A stretch of DNA of 64,000 nucleotides, from NCBI GenBank assembly GCA_963845755.1, contig CAWJTV010000034.1:288001-352000 (forward strand). Direction: 5' to 3'. Positions within the stretch are counted from its first letter, which is position 1. Each line of letters opens with the position of its first letter. This stretch comes from an uncultured Planctomycetota bacterium. Its GTDB lineage: Bacteria > Planctomycetota > Planctomycetia > Isosphaerales > Isosphaeraceae. This document shows positions 1 to 10,626 of the stretch, piece after piece. The notes below the pieces were generated by a model. That model was not told the origin of the DNA. It saw only the letters and a list, made by a program, of their open reading frames with translations, and made no database searches. The translations under genes and the position numbers were made by a program.

Positions 1-2043
1 CGCACCGGCCGGGACGTGGATATGCAACCCGGCCTGACGGAACGTCTCGGGGTTGACGCCGAGCTTTTCGGCGTGCGACCAGACATAGGTCTGGGCGGCG
101 CGCGCCGACTCGCGCATCACGTCCCCGAGCTGGCCGGTCAGACGAAGGCCACGCGCGCCGGGGAGCAACCGGGCCTCGACATAGAGCACGTCGCCGCCGG
201 CCTCGGTCCAGGCGAGCCCCGTGGCCACGCCGGGCTCGAGGATCGTGCGTGCCTGATCGAGGAAGAACCGTTCGGGGCCGAGCATCTCCACCAGGTCCTC
301 CGCCCCGACCACGATGGGTTGTGTCTCGCCCTGGGCGACCTTCCGGGCGACCTTGCGCGATACCCGGGCGAGCATCCGCTCGAGGTCGCGCACGCCGGCT
401 TCGCGGGTGTAGCCGCTGATGATCCGGCGCACGGCCTCCGGCGTGATCGTAAGCTGGACCGGCGTCAGCCCGGCCTGGGCCAGTTGCCGCGGGACGAGGT
501 AGCGCATGGCAATCTGCTGCTTCTCGTCTTCGCTATACCCGGTGAGCCAGAGGACTTCCATGCGATCCAGCAGCGCGGGCGGGATCACGTCGAGGGCGTT
601 GGCCGTCGCGATGAAGAAGACCTTCGACAGGTCGAACGGTATGTCGAGGTAGTTGTCGCGAAAGGTCGAGTTCTGGGCCGGGTCGAGGACCTCCAGGAGC
701 GCGGCGGTCGGGTCGCCTCGAAAGTCCTGGCCGACCTTGTCGATCTCGTCGAGCATCAGCACGGGATTCCTGACGCCCGCGCGACGGATCGCCTGGATGA
801 TGCGCCCGGGCATGGCACCGATGTAGGTGCGCCGGTGGCCCCGTAACTCGGACTCATCATGCAGGCCGCCCAGGCTCATGCGCTCGAACTGGCGGCCCAG
901 CGAACGGGCGATCGATTGTCCCAACGAGGTCTTGCCCACGCCCGGCGGCCCGACGAAGCACAGGATCGGCGCCTTCGCCTGGGGGTTGAGCTTCAACACC
1001 GCCAGGTGCTCGAGGATCCGCTCCTTGATCTTCTCGAGGTCGAAGTGATCCTCGTCGAGCACCCGCTGAGCTTTGTCGAGATCCAGGTCGTCTTCCGTGG
1101 ATTGGCGCCAGGGGAGCTCGAGGACGAGCTCGAGGTAGGTGCGCGTGATCTGGTAGTCGGGCGCGGCCGGCGGTAGTCGCTCCAGTCGGCCGAGCTCGCG
1201 CTCGACTTCCTTGTGCACAGCCTCCGGGAGGTCGGCGGCGACCAGGCGATCGCGCAGCTCCTGGACCTCGGCCCGCTGCGGATCCGTCTCTCCCAGCTCG
1301 CCCTGGATCGCCCGGAGCTGCTGGCGGAGCAGGTACTCCCGCTGTTCCTTCCCCATCTCGTTCTGGGCCTGGCTCGCGATCTTCTGTCGGAGTTCCAGCA
1401 CCTGGAGCTCCTGGGTCAGGTAGCCGTGGATCAGCCGGAGCGCCTCGATGCGGGTGGGCACCTCGAGCAGCGCCTGCTCCTTCGCCACGTCCAGGCTCAT
1501 CATCGACCCGACGAGAAAGGCGAGGATCAGCGGATCGGGTGCCTGGGCCGCGAGCTGGTCGATATTCGCCCCACTCTCCGGATGCGCCAGCTCGAGCGCC
1601 CGGGCCGTCAGTTCGAGCACGGCGCGGCGCAGGGCCTCGACCTCCGTCCCATGATCCTGCGGGAGGGGCAAGGGGCGTATCCGGGCCTTGAGATACGGCT
1701 CGGTCTGCTCCAGATGGACCAGCTCCACCCGTTCCACGCCCTGGACCAGGAGCTCGATCCCCGCTGCGGAGCGGCCCATCTTCTTGATGACGGCCCGGGT
1801 GCCCACGGGATAGAAATCGTCCGCCGTCGGCATCTCCACCTGGGGGTTGCGCAGGGCAAGCGCAAGGAACGTCTTTTCCTCCGTGGCCAGGATCGCCTCC
1901 ACCGCCGCCATCGAGAGGGGCCGTCCGATCGAGAGGGGCATGAACAGTTGGGGGAAGAGGACGGAGTTCGACAGGGGCAGCACCGGCACCGATTCCGGCG
2001 ATACCGGTTTCGCCTCGATGATCGACTGGTTTTCAATCGTCAC
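1..2043 (-). CDS. lon: Lon ATP-dependent protease (endopeptidase La), 3' end runs off the window
   Basis: Manual minus-strand translation: GTG at 2043 gives MTIENQSIIEAKPVSPESVPVLPLSNSVLFPQLFMPL (Lon N domain); internal EMGKEQREYLLRQQLRAIQGELG, Walker A GPPGVGKT, RGHRRTYIGAMPGR, and LHIHVPAGA at the window edge in the same frame. Start overlaps the hsp20 stop (GTGA). Absent from the ORF track because it has no stop inside the window. Confidence 0.96.
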   Translation of the reverse strand, partial: MTIENQSIIEAKPVSPESVPVLPLSNSVLFPQLFMPLSIGRPLSMAAVEAILATEEKTFLALALRNPQVEMPTADDFYPVGTRAVIKKMGRSAAGIELLVQGVERVELVHLEQTEPYLKARIRPLPLPQDHGTEVEALRRAVLELTARALELAHPESGANIDQLAAQAPDPLILAFLVGSMMSLDVAKEQALLEVPTRIEALRLIHGYLTQELQVLELRQKIASQAQNEMGKEQREYLLRQQLRAIQGELGETDPQRAEVQELRDRLVAADLPEAVHKEVERELGRLERLPPAAPDYQITRTYLELVLELPWRQSTEDDLDLDKAQRVLDEDHFDLEKIKERILEHLAVLKLNPQAKAPILCFVGPPGVGKTSLGQSIARSLGRQFERMSLGGLHDESELRGHRRTYIGAMPGRIIQAIRRAGVRNPVLMLDEIDKVGQDFRGDPTAALLEVLDPAQNSTFRDNYLDIPFDLSKVFFIATANALDVIPPALLDRMEVLWLTGYSEDEKQQIAMRYLVPRQLAQAGLTPVQLTITPEAVRRIISGYTREAGVRDLERMLARVSRKVARKVAQGETQPIVVGAEDLVEMLGPERFFLDQARTILEPGVATGLAWTEAGGDVLYVEARLLPGARGLRLTGQLGDVMRESARAAQTYVWSHAEKLGVNPETFRQAGLHIHVPAGA

Positions 2044-2405
2044 GACCGGCCCCCTGTCTTGATCCGGACCAGCAGCATGCCGTCGACGTACGACGTCACG
2101 ATCTCGGCGGTCTCCGAGAGTCCGGGCAATTCCAGGGTCCGCTGGAAGCGGCTGTAGGCGATCTCCAGGCAATGACATCCCATCCCCTGGTAGCAGTGCT
2201 CGTCCCGCCGAGACCCCTGCACCAGCAGAGTCGTACCCTGGGCCACCAGCCGGATCTCGTCCGGTCTCACTCCCGCCAGCTCGAACTTGACCAGCCAGCC
2301 GTCCGAGGTGCGATAGACATCGGCCCGCGGCTGCCAGACCTCATCAGGATGCGTGGTCTGGGGGAGGAAGAACATGTGTGGAAAATGGACCTTGTCCGTC
2401 GCCAT
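2040..2405 (-). CDS. Hsp20/alpha-crystallin small heat-shock protein
   Basis: WQPRADVYRTSDGWLVKFELAGV...EIAYSRFQRTLELP...YVDGMLLVRI; GGAGG RBS before ATG at 2405; translationally coupled to lon. Confidence 0.92.
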   Translation of the reverse strand: MATDKVHFPHMFFLPQTTHPDEVWQPRADVYRTSDGWLVKFELAGVRPDEIRLVAQGTTLLVQGSRRDEHCYQGMGCHCLEIAYSRFQRTLELPGLSETAEIVTSYVDGMLLVRIKTGGRS

Positions 2406-3099
2406 CGGTCCTCCGGCTGTCGTGTGCGGACGCCCGGTCCGCCGCGTCGCATCGTTCACATCGCGTTTGGCAACCGACCCCAGCCTCCTCGGTGCCAGAT
2501 GCCGAAGGAGGGCAGGAACGCAGGATCGGCCGCGAGCGGACCTTTCTCATCAGCGAGCCCTGGTCGATAAACCAGAGGCTCCTCCGGCATCTTTCATGTT
2601 TTCACGAGTCTGGCCATGGATCGCGTCCCCAGTCAAGGAGAAGGCGCATGAGTTCGAGGTTCGCGTCACCAGCCACTGAGTTCATTCCAGAAGTACGGCC
2701 GCCGAACGCCGGTCGATAGTGAAAAAAGCCTTACCAGTGGCGGAGCGGACTATTTCTCCGAGAGACGCGGGATCGTTCGGTGTCCTGGGACGAGACCCAG
2801 GATATCACGTTCATGAGAACAAGCCGAAACCTTGCCCTTCGGGTTTCGTCGGCATTCGCTTGTTTGTGTGCAATCATAGGCTCTCGTCGACCACCCAGAG
2901 GGGCCGGTGCCGTTGATGGTCGGGCAAAACTCGGTGTCCGAGGCCCGACCGGCGAGCACACCACCGGGCCGGGAGCAGCCGTGATCCTTCAGCTTCAAAT
3001 GCAAGGTTGAGCGTTTCATCACAAGTCGTGCGGCGTCCTCCCGTGGGTGTGCCGAATCCCCCGTGATTCTCGGGGAGGACACCCAGGATGTGCTCCCGC

Positions 3100-3375
3100 T
3101 CAATCGGCCCAGTCTTCGACCTTCAAGCCAGGCACCTGGCCAAAGTCCTTCCGTTTGCGAGTCACCAGGGTCGCACGGTTGGCCAAGGTGAGGGCCGCGA
3201 TCAGAAGGTCGCCCCGTCCGATCTTCTTCAGTTGCTTGTTCTGTCGCATTCGGTCGAACTCACCGGCAGCCGCGGGGTCAATGGCGAGGATGGTGAACCG
3301 TTTCAAATCTTTCTCGCTCTCGTCCAGCCGATGCTGGGCTTGGAGCAGCTTGTCGCTGTTCTCCGCCTTAAGCAC
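3100..3375 (-). pseudogene. 5'-truncated VapC/PIN-domain toxin
   Basis: C-terminal PIN motifs IGRGDLLIAALTLANRATLVTR..KDFGQVPGLKVEDW; the N-terminal LDT motif is missing and the sequence breaks at an IS-type end at 3375. Confidence 0.8.
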
Positions 3376-3405
3376 AATACCGTTGAATCAGCCATAAACC
3401 GAAGA
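3375..3405. mobile_element. Solo IS4-type terminal inverted repeat remnant
   Basis: CAATACCGTTGAA at 3375-3387 is identical to the first 13 nt of the IS4 element at 12864; no transposase follows. Confidence 0.6.
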
Positions 3406-3422
3406 GGACGAAGGTCTTGAAT

Positions 3423-3451
3423 CTCGTTCCCATGCTCCGCGTGGGAACGAG
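3423..3451. repeat. REP-like palindrome
   Basis: CTCGTTCCCA-TGCTCCGCG-TGGGAACGAG: perfect 10-bp stem with a 9-nt loop. Confidence 0.7.
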
Positions 3452-3566
3452 GAGATAAAGGTCACTCACACTGGTAGCCAGGCCGGCAAGGCATTGGAAT
3501 CAGCGCCAGCGCGGGAGCACCGATTCGTGTGCGTTAGGGGACCATCGACGGCCGTGCCAGTCGGTC

Positions 3567-6500
3567 CTACTCGGGCGCGAACACGTCGGCCGGCAGCTCG
3601 AATACTGGTTCAGCCAGGACGGTCTCGGCCTCGGCGCGGAAGCCGTCCAGTTCTTCGGACCAATCGGACTGCTCAAGCTTCGGATTTTCGCGCCGCCAAC
3701 GTACGGCGCGGTCGAAGTCGGCCCGCGCCTGGGCGATCTGACCCAGCCGGTGGCGGGCCATGGCCAGGAAGAACAGGTCGAAGGCGTCGGACTGGCCCTT
3801 GCCGGCCGCGAGACTCCTCTCCAGGGTGGCAATGGCCTCGCCATACTGGCCATTGCGGTAGAGGGCGACTCCCAGCGAATTGAGGTAGATGGCCGAACCG
3901 GGAGTCATCGCGACCGCCTTCCGAGCCAGGACCAGCGCCTGCTCGGGATCGCGCAAGGCAACCGGGCCTGTGGCCAGCCTCCAGGCCAGGTTGTTGTAGT
4001 ACTGGGCGTTCGCCAGGGGAGACGCGACGGCGCGCTTCATGTCAGCCAGGGCCTGCTCTCGGTGGCCCAGCCGATCATGGACCTGACTGCGCAGCTCGTA
4101 GAGGGCCGGATCTTGCGGATGGCGCGGGATCAGCGGAGCGAGGTCGGCCAGGGCTTCCGGGAACCGGCCCAGGCGGAGCCAGATCTGCGCACCGGTAGCG
4201 AACGGGATCCCGGCCGGGGTCGGCATCGAGGACCTTGGTGAAATCGGCGGCGGCCTCCTGGAGCCGGCCGAGCCGGAGCGACACCTGACCCTTCATGACG
4301 CGGGCTTCGATGTCGTCGGAGGAACGCGCCAGATACGTCTCCAGGGTCGTTCGCGCCCCCGGCAGGTTGTTCGTCTGGCCGTATGCCTGGGCCAGCAGGA
4401 ACAAGGCGTCGGTGTCGTCGGGCCGGAGCCGGAGCCGTCGCTCGAGGTCGGCGATCGCATCGGGCCACTTCTTCTCGAGGTGGAACAGCCAGCCGCGGTG
4501 GATCAGGGCCTCGGCGTCGTCGAGGTTGGCGGCCAGCCGGCGGTTCATCTCGGCCAGTTCGGCGCCGCGCCGCGCCTGGGTCTCGATGACTTCGCCGACG
4601 ACCCGCACCGACCTCGGCGGCAGGACCGGACCCGGGGCATCGCTCGCAGCCGAGGCGGTCGGATACGGCGGTGCGTCCCAGTCCAGGCCCAGCCGGGCGA
4701 GCTGGTCGCGGATCCGACGCATGTCCCACACCAGCGCGGTCTTTTGACGGGTTGTGGCGACGAGCTTCGTGCCGTCGGGGCTGAAGGCGAGCGGCTGGGG
4801 AGTCACTGGCTGCAAGGTCGTCAGCCGGGCAATCTCTCGGCCGGTAGCGGCGTCGGCCAGCAGCACTTGATCGGGCGCGATCCCCAAGGCCATCAGCCGG
4901 CCGTCGCCGGTGAACGCTGGCGGGTAACCGGCGTTCCCGCTCCGCTCGTGGTCGATCCGAAGACCAGGGTCCCACGTCCCCACGCGCCAGAAGTGGTAAG
5001 AGTGCTTTCCCTCATCCGGATGCGTGCACGAAACGAGCCAGCGGCCGTCCGGGCTAAAGCCGGCGAAGAACTTCGTGTCGCTGAAAGCATCCTCCGGTCT
5101 CAAGATCGTTTCGAGCCGACGGCGGTGTAAATCCCAAACTCGGACGCCCGCCTCATACCAGCCGCCGACCGCCAGCCATCGGCCGTCCGGACTGACGGCG
5201 AGCGAGGTCATGCGGCGATTCCCGCCGCTGTCGAGGGCCGTTGCCCGGCTCCAGGCCGGGTGGGGATGGCTGGAATCGATCAGCAAGACCCGGGTGTTGG
5301 CGTTATCGACGAGCGCCACGGTCCGATGATCGGGCAACCAGGCCGCTCGATTCCACATCTCGGCCTCCTGCAGCAGCTCGGGCGGCCCGACGCGGATTGC
5401 ATCGTCCCCGCGATCGGGATCGGGCCGGATCGGCCAGCGATAGAGGCCCCATCTGCCGGCGCTGATGAGGCTTCTTCCGTCGGGGTGAAAGAGCACGCTC
5501 TCGCAGAAACCGGCCTTGAGGTTGGCCAATTCACGGCCGGTTTCGACCTCCCACAGGCGCACGCCGTCCCCAACGCTGGTCGCTACCAGCCGGCCGTCGG
5601 GACTGAAGTCAGCGAAGGATACCCCGGTGGCGTCCCGCCTCTCGTCGCGGTTGCCGAGCATCTCCGGGTGGAGCGTCCGGCACTCCGCGCCCGCGGCCAC
5701 GTCCCAGACGCCGATCTTCCCGCCAACGGCCCTGAGAGCCAGTTGGCGGTCGTTCGACGCGAAACTCAGGGATGCTCCCGGCGCCATCGCCAGGGGTTCC
5801 CCCGAGGCCGCGTCCCAGAGCCGGGTGGTGCCGTCGTAGCTGGCGGTCGCCAGCAGGTAACCCACGTGCGCAAACTGGGCGAGGACGATCATGCCGTTGT
5901 GACCCCGAAGCACCGAGGCCAGCTCCCCCCGGCGGACGTTCCAGACGTAGACGCGGGGCTCATAGACACCGCCGCCGACCGCCAGTAACTGTCCATCGGC
6001 GCTCCAGGCCATAGCACCGTAGTCAACCTGCGACCGCCATTCTGTAAGGATTCGGCCGTTTTCAAGCTCGAGGATCGCGACCCGCGGTTTCTCCGCGTCG
6101 GCGTTGTTAACCGCGAGCCGCCGGCCCTCGGGATCGAGTGCCAGGTTATTCGGCGCGAAGTCCAGCGGCAGCCGCCGGACCACCCGGCGCTCAACGTGGT
6201 CCCAGACGCCGATGCCCCCCTCGATCGCACAGAACAGCAGCCGGCGGCCATCGGGGTGGAATGCCAGGTTGCTACCAGGACTCGGCAGGCTGCCGATCAG
6301 CTCCCGGCGTCCCATGTGCCATACCCGTAGTAGGTTGCCCCCACCAACCAGGCTGTAGACGGCCACCAGCAGCTCGCCGTCCGGGCTGAAGACAGGATAG
6401 CCATTCCCCAAAACGCGCCGGTCTGGCACCGGCAGGCGGGCCAGTACGCGGTCGTCGTCCAGCCGGCGCACCACCATCGCGCCGGATCCCTCGACAAAGG

Positions 6501-8509
6501 CGTACCGCTCGAGAGCGGCATCGACATTGCCGCTGGAGGCGACGAAGTCTTGCTGACGTCGCACGCGGAGGTCGGTCAGCCCCAGGGCGGCGATGGCCTG
6601 GTTGCGTATATCGGGCAGTCGTTTCCGTCCCTCGGGGTCGGCGCCCAGGACCTGCGCAGGCCTTGCCGAGCCGGTCCAGGCTGTCGAACCGCTGGCCGAT
6701 CAGCCCGGTGCGTTGGAGCGCCGCTCCCTCGGAGACCAGCGACTGGCCCTGCGCCAGCCGGGCTTCGCGTTCGGCATCCTTGGCCCGGGAGAGGCTCGCC
6801 TCGGACTGGCCCAAGGCGAGCCGGACCTCGTGCTCGGCATGCTCGGCACGGGAGAGGCTCACCCTGGTCAGGCCTTGCTCGAACCGAAGCGCATTGCGCT
6901 GCCAATAGAATGTCCACGCCACCACGCTCGAGCCGATGGCGATGAAGATCGTCAGGGTCGCGGCCAGGGCGACGAGGGCCGCCACGGCGGGGTTGCGCTT
7001 GCACAACCGCCAGAGCCGTTCGGGGTCCGAGATCGAGCGTGACCGGATCGGCCGATTCTCCAGGAACCGCCGCAGCTCGGCCGCCAGCTCGTCGGCCGTG
7101 CCGAACCGATCGTTCGGGTCCTTGGCCAGCGCCTTGAGCACGATCGTCTCCAGGTCGAGGGGGATGCGGCGGTCGAGCTGCCGCGGCGGCGCGGGGGGCT
7201 CGTGCACGACCTGGTCGATCAACTGGAGCCGGTCGTCACTTTCAAAGACCGGGCGCAACGTCAGCAGCTCGTACAGGGTCGCGCCCAGGGCATAGATGTC
7301 GCACCGGCGGTCCGAGACGCCACGGAACCGTTCGGGGGCCATGTAACGCAAGGTCCCGACCACGTCCTGGGAATGAGATAGGTCTTCCCCCTCCTCGAAC
7401 TTGGCCAGGCCGAAGTCGGCGACCCAGACATTCCCGACCGCATCCAGCAGCAGGTTTGACGGCTTGATGTCGCGGTGCAGCACGCCGCGCTTGTGGGCGT
7501 ACGCCAAGGCGTCGGCCACCTGGGCGCCGAGCCGGGCGACCTCGCGGTTATAGCGGTCCTCACCCCGACCGGCCAACGAGGAGGGCGAGGTGCTGACGAC
7601 CCAATCCATGTCGTTTCGGTCGGCTTCGCTCGGCGTCAGAGCATGGGACAATCGCGTGCGCGGGTCTCCCGACCCCGCCCCTGGGGCGACCGGCGCTGGG
7701 CGCGGGTCTCCCGACCCCGCCGTCGTCGCGCCCGTTCTGGACGCGGTCGGCTCGCAGGTCGGAGGCGGCGTCACCTCGGGATGGAGGGCCCGGCCGGCGC
7801 CGCGGGTAAGATGCCCGGTCATCAGGCCGTGGGTGACGGCCCACATCAAGGGATCGGTTGCGGCCCGGGCCTCGGCCGGGTCGCGGACGGCCTGCGGCAA
7901 TGTCCTGTCCCCTTCCTCGTTCCCGATGGGTCCGGTCCCGGCCGGCCCGACCTTCACCTGACCCTGCTTCGAGCGGAGCCGTCGAACATCGGCCAGGACC
8001 CTGTCCATGCCGTGACCGGCGATGTATTGCATGGCGTAGTAGCAGACGCCGTCGTGTTCGCCGTAGTCGAACACCGAGACGATGTTGGTGTGGTGCAACT
8101 GGGCGGCCGAGCGCGCCTCGTTGTGGAACCGCCGCAGGTAGTCCGAACGCGTGCGGAACCGCGGGTGCATCACCTTGAGCGCCACGTGACTGCGGAGCGA
8201 TTCCCGCACGGCCTCGTAGACTACACCCATCCCATCTTCGCCGATGAGCCCGAGGATCTGGTAGTCGCCAAGCCTCGAGAACTCAGGCTGGCCCATCCGA
8301 TCGACGACCGAAGGCCGGTGGTCCGCCGACTTGAGCTGCTCAATCTCGACCAAAGCCGGGAAAAGCTCGCGGATGTCGTCGGCCAGTTCCGGGTGCGCCG
8401 CCGTGTACTCGCCCAGGCTCGGCCGCTCCCCGCGGCGGAACCGCTCGAGAAACGACTCGGCCAGGCGGTCGAGGGGATCGCGCGAGTGGGCGGAGTCCGG
8501 GGCGTTCAC
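3567..8509 (-). CDS. Ser/Thr protein kinase with WD40 repeats and C-terminal TPRs (about 1650 aa; frameshifts near 6658 and 4190)
   Basis: Three ORF pieces join into one protein: kinase (VALK, HRDIKPSN, DFG, GTLRYMAPE), WD40 repeats (FSPDG, GH...WD) and TPRs. GTG start at 8509 overlaps the sigma-factor stop. Confidence 0.9.
7658..7721. repeat. 22-bp direct repeat (2 copies, 42-bp period) inside the kinase gene
   Basis: GCGCGGGTCTCCCGACCCCGCC at 7658-7679 and 7700-7721; encodes GSGDPR twice. Confidence 0.85.
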
Positions 8510-9159
8510 GGGTGGTACTCCTCGCTGCCACCGGTCATCGCGTCGAGCGCTTCCTTGAGGCGACGCAGCGCCCGGATATAGCGCTTGCTGGCGGCCGAAT
8601 CCTGGAGGCCCAGCGTCTGCGCGGCTTCGGCGTTGGTCAGTTCCTCGAAATGGCGGAGGATCAGGACCTCGCGGTCGAGCGGGTCCATCGCGTCGATCGC
8701 CTCCTGAATCCGGGCCTTGCGCTCCAGCCGCATGGCCACCTCGCTGGCGCTGGTCTGGCGGCCGATGAGCTGCGCGGCCAGGGCCGCGGAGCTCGCCCCC
8801 GGCATCGCGCCGCGTTCGAGCGACACCTCGCGGGCGGCGTCCCGGACCTGGCAGCCGAGGTGCTTGCGTTGGAGCGTGGTGAGCCTCATGCCCGTGATCC
8901 AGCGGAGCCAGAGGAAGAAGGGCATCTCGGCCCGTGCGGAGTATTCGGCGAGTCCCGCGGTGGCGTCGAGGTACGCCTCCTGGATCACGTCGGAGGGGTC
9001 GATCCGCCCCTGGAGGCGGCGGTCGAGCCGCAGTGCGACCATCCGGCGGAGCCGGGGGCGGTGGGCATCGAGCAGGTCCGCCCAGGCCTGCCGGTCGCCT
9101 TCGGCGGCCCGCCGCACCTGTTCCGCCACGGACGGGTTGTCTATCGATGAATTGGCCAT
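8506..9159 (-). CDS. ECF-type sigma-70 factor, kinase-associated planctomycete type
   Basis: RLRRMVALRLDRRLQGRIDPSDVIQEAY (region 2) and DREVLILRHFEELTNAEAAQTLGL...ASKRYIRALRRL (region 4); ATG at 9159. Confidence 0.93.
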   Translation of the reverse strand: MANSSIDNPSVAEQVRRAAEGDRQAWADLLDAHRPRLRRMVALRLDRRLQGRIDPSDVIQEAYLDATAGLAEYSARAEMPFFLWLRWITGMRLTTLQRKHLGCQVRDAAREVSLERGAMPGASSAALAAQLIGRQTSASEVAMRLERKARIQEAIDAMDPLDREVLILRHFEELTNAEAAQTLGLQDSAASKRYIRALRRLKEALDAMTGGSEEYHP

Positions 9160-9235
9160 AAGTACAAGATCGCGCGGGGCGACATCCGGGACAGGACGGG
9201 ACATATTTTCGTCGAGAATACATCCCGCATCCCCC

Positions 9236-10626
9236 CAGGGCTTACGCACCAGATTTCTCGGGGTTTTCGGCCAGTACAGTTGATTTCTCGGGGATTTGGG
9301 CCAGTACATCCAAGAGATAGTCATTCTTCCAGCCCGCAACCAGGCGGCGCGTCGCGATACTCTTGCCCTTGCTGTTCTTCTCCGCCTTGAGCAAGCACAA
9401 AGCCATCTTGCGGAGCCATCCCAAGTTCTCCGCGCTGTTCCCGGCCCAGTGCCGTTGATCATCCTCAGAGAAACAGACGTCCAGAACCCAGTGCAGCGAG
9501 TTCTCGATCCCCCAATGACCCCGCACCCAACGCAGGTGCTCTGTCGCCGGCTGGGACGCGCTGCTGATGAAGTAGCGGGTCTCACTGCTGGCCTCACCAT
9601 GGATCACCCGATGGCTGATCACCATCACGATCGCCGTCAGCCCGGCCCAAAGGCCCAGGTTGCGGATCCCCTTCGGCTCGGTGATCACACAGCAACTCCG
9701 GGTCTCCTGGCGACCGCTGCGGATCTCTTCCGTCTGACATTCAGTGAAGTCCACCCCGGGCTCGCCCTGATCCAATGCCTCGTCGAACGCCCGCGCGATG
9801 TCCTCGTAGAGGTGCGGCTGGTTCTCCTTGACCGCGAGCTCGTAATGGCCACCCCCGTCGATGATCTTGGCGGCGATGTCTTTCTGACAACCCATGGCGT
9901 CGATGGTCACCACGGCCCCGTTGAGGTCCAGCATCGCGAGCAAGTCGGGAATGGCCGTAATTTCGTTGGATTTGGCGTCGGTGGCCACTTGCCCCAAGGT
10001 CAAATGGTTCACGACCGCCCAGGCGCTGACGACATGCAGGGCCGAGCGGCCGACGGTGCGCGCCGCGCCGCGTTGGGCCTTACCGTCGATGGCGATCGGC
10101 GTCAGCTCGGGCGAATCGGTGGCGACGGGGGTCAATCCCGTTCGCTCCATCAGCGCCGTCATCCAGGAGGAGAAGCCCTTCTGAAAGGCCAGCGGGTCGA
10201 GCAGGCAGAAGACCCGTCGAAAGGTGTCGTGCGAGGGGATGCCGCCGGGCAATTCGAGGAAGGTCTCGAGCCAGTCGCTCTTGGAGTGGGCATAATCGGC
10301 GATCTGCACCCAGTTGTCGGCGCCGCAGAACACGGCGCAGGTGGCGATGAAAATGATCTCATCGAGTCGGTGGATTCGCCCCTGTTCGCGGCGGGGATCG
10401 GGCAAGTCGGCGAAATGATCGAGGAGTGAGATCGGGTCTTGGGCGGGAGTAGCGGAGGCCGAATCCGAGCTGACGGTCATGGTGTGGACGTCCCTGAAAA
10501 GATCGAGTTATCCTGGCGATCGATGGTACAAAAGACGTCCGTTTCCCGACCAGCCGGACTGTAGGATCGAGGCGAGATGCTCTTTCCCAGAACACTCAGA
10601 TATCCCAGGCTGGTGCGTAAGCCCTG
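9236..10626 (-). mobile_element. Complete ISAs1-family insertion sequence (1391 bp)
   Basis: Perfect 17-bp TIRs CAGGGCTTACGCACCAG / CTGGTGCGTAAGCCCTG; 10-bp target duplication CGCATCCCCC at 9226-9235 and 10627-10636. Confidence 0.96.
9242..10480 (-). CDS. ISAs1-family DDE transposase
   Basis: GIPSHDTFRRVF, IAIDGK, KSNEITAIP, TIDAMGCQ, HWGIENSLHWVLDV; uninterrupted 412-aa ORF. Confidence 0.96.
   Translation of the reverse strand: MTVSSDSASATPAQDPISLLDHFADLPDPRREQGRIHRLDEIIFIATCAVFCGADNWVQIADYAHSKSDWLETFLELPGGIPSHDTFRRVFCLLDPLAFQKGFSSWMTALMERTGLTPVATDSPELTPIAIDGKAQRGAARTVGRSALHVVSAWAVVNHLTLGQVATDAKSNEITAIPDLLAMLDLNGAVVTIDAMGCQKDIAAKIIDGGGHYELAVKENQPHLYEDIARAFDEALDQGEPGVDFTECQTEEIRSGRQETRSCCVITEPKGIRNLGLWAGLTAIVMVISHRVIHGEASSETRYFISSASQPATEHLRWVRGHWGIENSLHWVLDVCFSEDDQRHWAGNSAENLGWLRKMALCLLKAEKNSKGKSIATRRLVAGWKNDYLLDVLAQIPEKSTVLAENPEKSGA

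Noticed and set aside
16..2157. Long plus-strand ORFs (276 and 314 aa)
   Set aside because: Antisense shadows of lon, typical of high-GC coding DNA
8506..9600. 364-aa extended sigma-factor ORF
   Set aside because: The N-terminal extension runs into ISAs1; the sigma-like sequence starts at 9159
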